Assembly (NCBI GenBank): GCA_020891255.1
Contig: BQFW01000002.1
Coordinates: 2,356,001-2,420,000 of the forward strand
DNA length: 64,000 bases
Direction of reading: 5' to 3'
Source: Entomortierella parvispora E1425
Lineage: Eukaryota; Fungi; Mortierellomycota
The position numbers were made by a program, and so were the translations under genes. Position 1 is the first letter of the stretch. Each line of letters begins with the position of its first letter. The notes under the pieces were generated by a model. The model was given only the letters and a program-made list of their open reading frames with translations. It did no database searches and was not told where the DNA came from. Positions 26,201-35,563 of this stretch are shown here, one piece after another.

Positions 26201-27455
26201 TCAAGCTCGTCGACAACAATCATTTCCTCATCTTCATCGTGACCGTCATCACCATCGTCACCGCCCGCTTCTGCCGCCGCGGCAGCAGCAGCCATCTCGG
26301 CTTGCTGTGATCGGAGGTATTTCAGTTGCGTAGGTTTTTCGTCCGGTAGTTTTTCGAATGCCTCTCCAAGTTCCTTGAGCTGGACTGGCTTTAGGTCCTC
26401 CAATGAAGGCATGATGGCCTTTCCGAGCCACCGGTAAAGCTCTATTGTCAATGCATTTGCCTCTGCACGGACATTCTTATCTGAGTGGCCAAAGAGTGGT
26501 GGCAGCTTTTTTACAAGGGGTTTCACATTCAGGTTCCTGACTCCAAATGTCCTAAAAAGCAGGAGAGGGAAACAGTCAACATTGATTTGGTCCACCATGA
26601 GCGCTCCAGTGGATTACGGGCCAAACTGTTTTTGAATGTCATCCTTACCGTACTATTGCGGCAAGAGCGTTGGTTGTGGTTGCGACAAGCTTTGGCAATT
26701 TGGCGTCCAGGCCAGGTAGCACATCCTCCTACAAATTGAAAGAGTCAATGGTGTTGAGTCAAACATTCTACGGAGAACTCTTTCATCCAAAAGGCTGCGA
26801 TCATCAATTTGTTATCGACTTACAATGACCGGGTCTGGCGAGTCGACTTCAACATAGAGTAGAATCAGATCCAGAGCTTTTGCCTTTGTTCCTGTCCTTG
26901 TTGATGACAGACACTTTTCCACGACTGCTGGTACAACTGTACTCTTGGTCCTATTTGATTTTTTTTAATCCAGACGACACGACCAGGTCAGGACGAGCAG
27001 CAGGCGACAGATACAAGACCTAGATTCCAGGTTCAACACAAGCAGGTCGGTATGTTACCTGTTTGGATCCGGTGCATTTTCAACAAATTGGATGAGTGTC
27101 GCCAATCCCGATTCCTGCGCCACTGCATTCGAATCCAATGCAATCTTCTTCAATGAGCCTTCAAAGCGTCGAAAGTCAGAGTCTTCCACGCTTGTCCTGA
27201 AGAGCTTTGCCAGTTCCTCATAAGCAGACACGCGAGCTTTCCAGTTCTGTTGAGCAGAGTGGACGGACAATAACAAAAACAACAATAATAAAAAAACACG
27301 AGGTTAATGGACTCGAACTGGACGCCCTTCTGGCTTATGCCCTTCTCCACCAGCAAAGGCATCAAGGGCAATGGCCGTACCTTGTGCTCCAGTCGCTCCT
27401 GCACTGGAATCTGGTTGAAGTTTTCTTCTGGGGCGTTCCCGCCAAATTCATCCAT
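20287..27455 (-). CDS. STU2: XMAP215/ch-TOG microtubule polymerase, multi-exon
   Basis: Repeated TOG HEAT-A motifs (WKAR, WQERKEAL, WKVRLEAM, WKVRKEGL), KKPGWKESNFQV, C-terminal YIRRGL. Canonical introns. Confidence 0.93.
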
Positions 27456-27960
27456 TGTCGGGTCAGACGCGTGGGGTGTTGGATGTGAAGGGGGTCCCTC
27501 TCAAAACGTGGCCCTGGGCGTGTCAATAATTCGGAGCGAGCACAGCTCTCTGCGCTTTCTTCCAGGAGGTTTACGGGAAAGGAAGAGGGGTTGTGGGGGA
27601 AGACCTTGCTCAGCCTCTTGGTGATGAGCAGCTGGAAACGAGGGTTGCGGCTCTAGCGTCGCGATGCGATGGATGTGTCCAAAGGGTCTGCAGAGATGAG
27701 CAGAATTGCCAAAAGTAAAAAAAAAACCCCCCAGGAACGAAAAAAAGAGACGGCGACGTGTTTTTGAAAGTGGGCGTCTTTGAATCAGGAGAGGCACGGG
27801 GGATAAAGGGAGGAAGTGCGTCTGTCGAGGAGGAGGAGAGATGAATGATGGATGAAGAACAAGGGAGGGAAGGAGTGATGATTGGTGAAGATGAGAACAG
27901 CAGGTAGGGAGACGAAGGACGGAACGCTCTTTTTTTTCGTTTTTCTTTGGCACGCTACGT

Positions 27961-27973
27961 ATCACGTGACTCA
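27961..27973 (+). promoter_or_regulatory. Overlapping E-box (ATCACGTGAC) and AP-1-like (TGACTCA) site
   Basis: Sequence atcacgtgactca about 500 bp upstream of the STU2 ATG. Confidence 0.3.
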
Positions 27974-29216
27974 TTAGGAATGCAATCCCAGGCATAAAGC
28001 CGGGCTCCATATCCGCAGGAATAAAGGGGGATCAGGTACCCATGCCTCGGGTTATAACACCCACATACAGCCCTTCCAAGGGACCGGGACCGGGATCGGG
28101 ACCAGGATCAGCGGCATGACGACGTCAGCCAGCAGCAGCTGCGACATGGCATTGTGGCATTAGAGTCAGACGTGGAGGTATGTCCTATCGGTCTTTTCAC
28201 CTTTTTGTTGGCTTAGCTGCAGCCAAGTAGGCTTAACTACAGCTCGGTAGGCTCTTTATCTGAGTGAATTATTGAATCTTCCCAACTCGTATTGTCTGAC
28301 CTATTTCATCATCCTCTAGATTTTTTGGGTTGCAGTGAACCGTCCTACGCAGACTCGGCATGACTCAGCCATAGCCGATCTTGGTTCAAGAGCCTTACGC
28401 GCACCATTCTCAATGAGAGCTTTGTAACTGTGGACTGTGACCAAGAATTGTACTCACAAAAAAAAAAAAAAGACTGCAACATGAGGGACACGATGTGTAC
28501 AGAAAGAAGGATCCATCCACAGCTTCCTGGTGGCGAATGGTGCCACACTCAAGTCAATCAAGAAAAGATTCATCAGGTCGCGTACAAGCCCGTGCACACT
28601 GCGTTGTGGGAGAGGACGACCAAGGAGGCGTTGTCATGATGAAAATGGCGGTTCACCTCACAAAGGACCGACAGTACGTTGCCAGAACACTCGCATTCCA
28701 GTAGGAAATGTAGAAATAGAAGTGATGGTAAAAAGCACAAAAAAATTGGTGGCAAGGCGCGTGAACTAAAAAACCTACAGAGTGGTGCGCTTCAAGTGAC
28801 GCATCGAAGTGAATTCAACGCGCCTGTGGTGTTGAGCGCCATTGACTTCCCCCCGTCGCTCCTGGATTCATATTGCCCCTGATATTTTCCCCACTAGAGC
28901 AGCCCATCACAGCAGTGATCCGCCCTCGATTCTTTTTCAAAAGCAAGGACTGTGTAATGCACGATTTCTGCCTTGGCGTTGCGCTACGTTGCCCTTGACT
29001 TCCCGCTGTCCTTGATTTATTTTTCCTGTCGTTGCACTTCATCTGCCTTCAGCTGGCCAGTCTGTCTTGGACCTGCATGCCCCTGGACCAATGCTGTGCT
29101 TACTCCACTGTAGTGGTTCATGCACGATTCCATGCACTATCTACTTTAGATTTTTCGTCATCTCACGAATTCTTCTCAGTACCCTGTCGACGATCACACT
29201 ACCCCTCATCGTTCCT

Positions 29217-29225
29217 CTATATAAA
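29217..29225 (+). promoter_or_regulatory. TATA box of peptide gene A
   Basis: CTATATAAA about 200 bp upstream of the ATG. Equivalent TATAAA elements lie upstream of the other three copies (about 30925, 33037, 34840). Confidence 0.6.
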
Positions 29226-29417
29226 GCCCTCATGCCACCATCATCTACTCATACAACAACACGCTCTAACATTCCCCTCTTCACCACTACCCACCTTCCT
29301 TCAATGTAAGAACGCCCGTCTTTTTGGTGCAAGCTCTGAGTGATCAATTTGCGGTAGTGCTGGCCTGGTTGCTTCCCACATCCATCTCATATATGGCATC
29401 CTTTTATCTTTTCATAG

Positions 29418-29663
29418 ATGAGATACACTAGCATTTTGGCTTTCGTTGCATTGGCCTCCGTCGCCATGGCTAAGGTCCGATGCCGCTGCTCCGATGATGG
29501 CAACAGCATCAACAAGGCCGATACCGCGTTTGCTTGTAACCGTGGTTTGGACTATGGCGTCGAATCGGACGGATACTGCTATGTTGTGGTCAAGTCCAAC
29601 GCAGTAGCCGTCCTGAGGTACTGCCCCAACGAAAACACTTCGTCCTGCCAGACCGTTGCTTAA
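29418..29663 (+). CDS. Small secreted 6-Cys peptide A, KP6-beta-like toxin candidate; 5'UTR intron 29306-29417
   Basis: 81 aa with signal peptide MRYTSILAFVALASVAMA and mature C-x-C-x15-C-x13-C-x14-C-x7-C. Four paralogs have intact frames. Confidence 0.88.
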   Translation: MRYTSILAFVALASVAMAKVRCRCSDDGNSINKADTAFACNRGLDYGVESDGYCYVVVKSNAVAVLRYCPNENTSSCQTVA

Positions 29664-31135
29664 AAATGCAAGATGAGCAACTGCCCATTCATTGCGACAA
29701 TGAGAATACGGCATGAACAAAGCAAGGACAAAGAATAGAATGGAAAGGAGACCTGTCAAGGATGGGAGATAGTGGGAAAGTTGCTATCCTAATCATCAAG
29801 ATCGGATTTCGTACTCTGTTCTATCTGAATAAACCTCCATTCTTATTGTTCCCATACACAACGAGACAGTTCTCTTCTTTTTTATTTTTTTATTTTACAA
29901 TGCCTGTTGACATGGACGGCAAAAGATAAAGAAGGAAGGCCCAATAGAACTTTGGAACGATGATAATGCTGGTAGAATGGTGCGACATGAGACACCTGCA
30001 TGACTTGGTCAGATATACCAAGTGGCCAGGAAACTTGGAAATCGTGACAAGTCGCGGAAGGTTGGTGAACAAACAGTGAGTAGCAAGACGCGTGAGAAGT
30101 CGAAACCTATGGCGGCGAACTTATTAGAGATGATTCAACGTGCCCACTCTGTTAAGGACATTGGCATCCGCAGACCTTCCCTGACTCTTTTCTGTGCCCC
30201 TTGATTTTTCGTGGGCCTTGATGTTTTCAGGTCCCAGTTTTTGGCTTGCCATTGATTTGGTTGAATCATTCTTACCACGCCATTATACGCGCCCTTGATT
30301 CTGCTATGCGGGTTCTTTTGGAGTGGGAGAGAGAGGTGGGATTCATGCAGAATCCTTTGAGCTGAATTTTATTTCTTCTGCTTTGGTGCACCGTCCTTGA
30401 TGTTCTCGTCTTACAACCCTTGAGGTCTGTTCAATGACGGCTTCTGTCAATTGCTGTCGCGAGGAGTTTATCTTTGTTTCTTCCAGCTGCCTTGGATATC
30501 TGCATGCCCTCCTAATTTTTTTTGGTATTCTGTTGCTCTTGATTCTAGGCAATTTTTTAGGGGGGGAAACTTTTTTTTCTTCTTTGACGACCCCACGAAT
30601 TTTTTTCTTGTAAGTCGTTGCTTCTTACCTGCCCTGCCAGCTGTGCGCTTCCCTGGATCTGCACACCACAGACTGTTTGTTTCCATAATCTTTTTTTCTT
30701 TTTGCTTCCCGTTGCTATGTTATGAGCAGATCATTCCCATTTCACGAGTCAACAAAGCCCCTGCATATATTTTTTCCTCTTAATGCTACGCCTACTCCAT
30801 GATAGTGGATTCGTTCAAGGTCTCTGCACTACCATTGTTGTCGCCATCTCACGAATTCCTCTCATTTGCTCTCCCTACGTACCATCCATCTATACTTCTA
30901 TCGCTAGCCACCGTTCGAATTTTCCCTATAAAAGAACCCTCGCATCCCCCGCCATCTATCTCACAACACGCTCCCTCAAAAACACCAAGCTTTCCCCTCT
31001 CTTCACTACCACCCACTTTTATTCAATGTAAGAAACCAGAACCATGCTTTCATTTTTTTTTTTTTTTTTTTTTTTTTGGCCCTCTTCACGTTAATCTCAC
31101 GAAATGGCATCGCTCTTGTCTTTTTTTTCATCTAG

Positions 31136-31381
31136 ATGAGATACACTTCCCTTTTGGCTTTCATTGGATTGGCTTCCGTCGCCATGGCCAAGGTCCGTTG
31201 CCAGTGCTCGGATGATGGTAACAGCATCAACAAGGCCAGTACCGCGTCTGCCTGCTCCCGCGGTCTCAACTATAACGTCGAGTCGGATGGATTCTGCTAC
31301 ATTGTCAACGACTCGAACGCTTCGAGAGTCCTCCCCTACTGCCCCAACAGTATTTTTTCGTACTGCCAGGTCGTTGTCTAA
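31136..31381 (+). CDS. Small secreted 6-Cys peptide B; 5'UTR intron 31028-31135
   Basis: 81 aa, same signal peptide type and Cys spacing as A. Confidence 0.88.
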   Translation: MRYTSLLAFIGLASVAMAKVRCQCSDDGNSINKASTASACSRGLNYNVESDGFCYIVNDSNASRVLPYCPNSIFSYCQVVV

Positions 31382-31567
31382 AACAACAACAGCGACAACA
31401 ACCCGTCTTGCGATACTGGCGATGACATCGTAGACGGGTCTGGCCATTCAAATCAGATTTTCTTGTCGTTGTTTTTTAATCCGAATAAACCCTCAGTTTC
31501 TGATGGCTCTTTCATCATGTAAACTACATTTTTATGTTCTACAATGCATTGAAACCAGGGTCTTTTT

Positions 31568-31873
31568 GTGTGGATCTTCTGTGTGGATCCTTTATTGAAA
31601 AGAGCGCGAACAGGATTACTTCTTGTTGTAATGCTTCTTGAACAGGGGGTGGTGCTCCTTCTTGTCCTTGTCCTTGAGATTGACCGACTTGTTGTACTCG
31701 ATGTACGCCATCTGGTCGCCACCGCTCAAACTCTTCAGATCACCTACTGTCCTCTTGACTCCGTGTGATCCTCCCGCAAGACTGGTGCCCACATGGCTCA
31801 ATACTCATCCGCCACCAGCTCCGCTCCGCCGTGCGGTGTTGCCAGTCAAGTCGTCCGCATCGTGTTCAACATC
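31568..31873 (-). pseudogene. Duplicated, truncated 3' end of XPB/SSL2 with a premature stop
   Basis: Near-identical to about 35520-35822. TCA changed to TGA at 31807-31805. No upstream XPB sequence is present. Confidence 0.9.
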
Positions 31874-32154
31874 GCCTTTCAAAGGGACCGGGACCAGGAC
31901 CAGGACCAGAACTAGGATCAAGAACAGCGGCAGGACGACATCTACAGCATCAGCTAAAACATCGGCAACAGCAGCAGCGACATGACGCTGTGGCATGAGA
32001 TTCAGACGTGGAAGGTACGTCCTATCGCCTATTGGTGCTTTTCGCATATTGTTGGCTTAACTACAGCTCAGTATGTTTGAAGCGCTTCCTAAGTGAGTTA
32101 CTGCATCTTCCCAGCTCGTATTGTCTGACCTATTTCATCATGCCACTCTAGTCT

Positions 32155-32186
32155 TTTTCTTTTTTTTTTTTTTTTTTTTTTTTTTT
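32155..32186 (+). repeat. Long poly(T) tract
   Basis: About 30 T almost uninterrupted. The homologous position in unit 1 (about 28321) has only 6 T. Confidence 0.85.
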
Positions 32187-33235
32187 GTGGTTGCAGTGAA
32201 CACTCTTCCTAAACTACACAGACTCAGCATTTCTCAGACATAGCCGATCTTGGTGCAAGAGCCTTACGCGGACCATTATCAGGAGAGAACTTTGTAATTG
32301 TGGACGGAGACCAGGAGCTGTACTCACAAAAAAAAAAAAAAAGATTGACCTGAGGGACGCGATGTTTCAGAATGTAGGATCTAGCGACAGTTTCTAGGTT
32401 TGGCGAATGGTGCCACACTCGATTCGAACACTCACATTGCAGTAGGAAGCGTAGAAATGGTAGTCATGGTAAAAAGACTCATAAAAATTGGTGGCAAGGC
32501 GCGTGAACTGAAAAACCATAGAGCGGGTGCAAGCGCCTGTGGTGTTGGGAGCCATTGACTTCTCTCCCCATCGCTCCTGAATTCCTGTTGCCCCTGATAT
32601 TTTCCTGGCTAGAACTTCCCATCAGCGTTCCACCCTCGATTCTTTTCAGAAACAAGGGCCGTGTAATGCACGATATCTGCCTTGGTATTGGGTTACGTTG
32701 CCCTTGATTCCCGACTGCCCTTGATTTTTGGTTGCCCTTGATTTATTTTTCCTGTCGTTGCATTTCATCTGCTCAGTTGGTCAGTCTGTCCTAGATCTGC
32801 ATGCCCCTGGATTTTTTTCGTTGCCCAGAGTTTCACTTGCCGTTGTTCTGGGTCGATCAATATTCATTCCAGGTACGCCTTTGAAAGAATAATGCTGTGC
32901 TTACTCTATCGTAGTGGATCATACACGATTCTATGTACTATCTACTTTAGATTTTTCGTCATCTCACGAATTCTTCTCAGTCTGTCCACGATTCTATGCT
33001 TCTTTCAATAACCACACTACCCCTCATCGTTCCTCTATATAAAGCCCTCATGCCACCATCATCTACTCATACAACAACACGCTCTAACATTCCCCTCTTC
33101 ACCACTACCCACCTTCCTTCAATGTAAGAACGCCCGTCTTTTTGGTGCAAGCTCTGAGTGATCAATTTGCGGTAGTGCTGGCCTGGTTGCTTCCCACATC
33201 CATCTCATATATGGCATCCTTTTATCTTTTCATAG

Positions 33236-33481
33236 ATGAGATACACTAGCATTTTGGCTTTCGTTGCATTGGCCTCCGTCGCCATGGCTAAGGTCCGATG
33301 CCGCTGCTCCGATGATGGCAACAGCATCAACAAGGCCGATACCGCGTCCGCTTGTACCCGTGGTTTGAACTATGGCGTCGAATCGGACGGATACTGCTAC
33401 GTTGTCATTAACTCGAACGCTTCGAAGGTCCTCCCCTTCTGCCCTAAGCAAGATACTTCGAACTGCCAGATCGTCGTTTAA
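33236..33481 (+). CDS. Small secreted 6-Cys peptide A'; 5'UTR intron 33124-33235
   Basis: 81 aa, identical to A for the first 37 codons and diverged afterwards. Confidence 0.88.
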   Translation: MRYTSILAFVALASVAMAKVRCRCSDDGNSINKADTASACTRGLNYGVESDGYCYVVINSNASKVLPFCPKQDTSNCQIVV

Positions 33482-35075
33482 GAGACTGCAAGATGAGCAA
33501 CCGGCCCTTTCATTATGGCAACAAGAATACGGCATGAACAAAACATGGGCAAAGACCAGAATGGAGAGGAGACGCGTCAAGGATGGGGAATAGTGGGAAA
33601 GTTGATGTCCTAATCATCAAGACCGGATTTCGCACTCTGTTCCATTTGAATAAACCTCCATTCTATTTGTGCCCATACACAACAAGACCGTTCTCTTTTT
33701 TTTATTTTTATTTTACAATACCTGTCGACATGGGCGGCAGAATATGAATGATGAAGACTGAATAGGACTTTGGAGAGATGATAGTGGTGGTGGCAATGGT
33801 GCTGGAATGGCGGGATATGAGAACACTTGCATGACTTGCTCAGATATCCACCCAGATGATTAAGAAACTTAGAGATCGTGACAAGTCGCGGAATGATCGT
33901 GAAAAAAATGTTGGATAGCAAGACGCCTGAGAACTCGAAACCTAAGGCGGTGCATTCTTTAGAGATGAATCAACGTGCCCAATGGTGTTGAGGGCCATTG
34001 GCATCCGCAGATCACCCCTGACTTTTGTTTTCTGTTGCCCTTGATTCTTGAGGCTTCTGTCCTTGATTCTTTGCGGCCCTTGATGTTCTCAGTTACCCAG
34101 CTTTTGACTTGCTACAGATTTTGGTGGAATCATTCTTGCCACACCATTCTACGCCCTTGATTCTTCTATGCATGCTCTTTTGGAGTGGGAAAGAAGGGTG
34201 GGGCTCATGCAGAATTCTTTGAACTGCATTTTTTTTCCTCTTCCTGCCTTGATGTGTCGCCCTTGATGTTTCCATCTTGCCCTTGATGTTGACCTATCCT
34301 TGATTTTTTGAGTGTTACCCTTGAGATCAGTCGAACGACAGTTTCTACCTGTTGCCGTAGCAAGGAGTTTGTCTTCTTCTCCCCTTCTAGTTGCCCTAGA
34401 TATCTGCATGCCCTCCCTAATTTTTTTTCAGTTTTCTGTTGTTGCCCTTGATTCTCGGCTATCCTTGAGGGGGGCAACTATTTTTTTTTTTTTTTTTTTC
34501 TTTTTTCCTGCATGTCATTGCTTCTTACCTGCCCTTACTAGATATGCTCTGCCCTGGATCTGCACGCCGCAGATTGTCTGTTTCCAAGATCTTTTGATCT
34601 TTTTCGTTTTGCTTACCGCTGCTATGTTATGAGCAGATCATTCCCATTACACCAGTCAACAAAGCCCCTGCATATATTTTTTTCCCTTAATGCTACGCTT
34701 ACTCCATGACAGTGGATTCGCTCAAAGTCTCTGCACTACCATTGTTGTCGCCATCTCACGAATTCCTCTCATTTGCTCTCCCTACGTACCGTTCATGTAT
34801 AATTCTATCACTAACCACACCACCTCCTCAAATTTCCTTTATAAAGGAACCCTCACACTCCCCTCCGTCTATCTCACAACACGCTCTCTCAAAAACACCA
34901 AGCTTTCCCCTCTCTTCACTACCACCCACTTTTATTCAATGTAAGAGACCCAGCTCTTTCTACCCTTCCCGTTTGGGAACCATGCTTTCTTTCTTTTTTT
35001 TTTTTTTTTTGGCCCTCTCTTCACGTAAATCTCACAAAATGGCATCGCTCTTGTCTTTTTTTTTTTTTCATCTAG

Positions 35076-35321
35076 ATGAGATACACTTCCCTTTTGGCTT
35101 TCATTGGATTGGCTTCCGTCGCCATGGCCAAGGTCCGTTGCCAGTGCTCGGATGATGGTAACAGCATCAACAAGGCCAGTACCGCGTCTGCCTGCACCCG
35201 CGGTCTCAACTATAACGTCGAGTCGGATGGATTCTGTTACATTGTCGTCAACTCGAACGCGGCGAAGGTCCTCCCCTTGTGCCCCAATCGCATGTTTTCG
35301 TACTGCCAGGTCGTTGTCTAA
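35076..35321 (+). CDS. Small secreted 6-Cys peptide B'; 5'UTR intron 34941-35075
   Basis: 81 aa, identical to B for the first 40 codons, with 8 aa differences afterwards. Confidence 0.88.
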   Translation: MRYTSLLAFIGLASVAMAKVRCQCSDDGNSINKASTASACTRGLNYNVESDGFCYIVVNSNAAKVLPLCPNRMFSYCQVVV

Positions 35322-35563
35322 AATAATAACAGAGACACCAGCCTGTTTTTGCGATGCTGGCAATGGTATCGAGGACGGGTCTGACCATTCAAATCGGATT
35401 TTCTTCTTGTTGTTGCTTTTCGATATGAATAAACCCTCATTTTCCGATGGCTCTTTCATCACGAGATTTTTTTCATTTTTATTTTCTACATACATTGCAA
35501 CAATGGTCTTTTTGTGTGGATCTTGTGTGTGTGGATCTTTTATTGAAAATAGCGCGAACAGGA

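Larger units (their letters stand above)
28070..31873 (+). repeat. Tandem segmental duplication, unit 1 (~3.8 kb)
   Basis: Collinear with 31874-35822: same head sequence (aagggaccggg...), peptide gene A, peptide gene B and XPB 3' end. Confidence 0.93.

Noticed and set aside
29412-29759. Antisense ORFs over each peptide gene (also 31097-31447, 33230-33580, 34932-35495)
   Set aside because: Recurring shadows caused by codon bias and duplication. The + strand has the signal peptide, TATA box and intron.
30343-30552. Basic antisense ORFs upstream of B and B' (also 34205-34477) sharing RACRY..QLE and a stop position, considered as immunity genes
   Set aside because: No ATG start, and they are explained by the duplicated T-rich, CCTTGA-containing promoter. 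No coding evidence is visible.
31805-32047. Chimeric ORF crossing the duplication junction and ending in XPB sequence
   Set aside because: An accidental fusion frame that ends at the XPB pseudogene stop, with no promoter or splice support.
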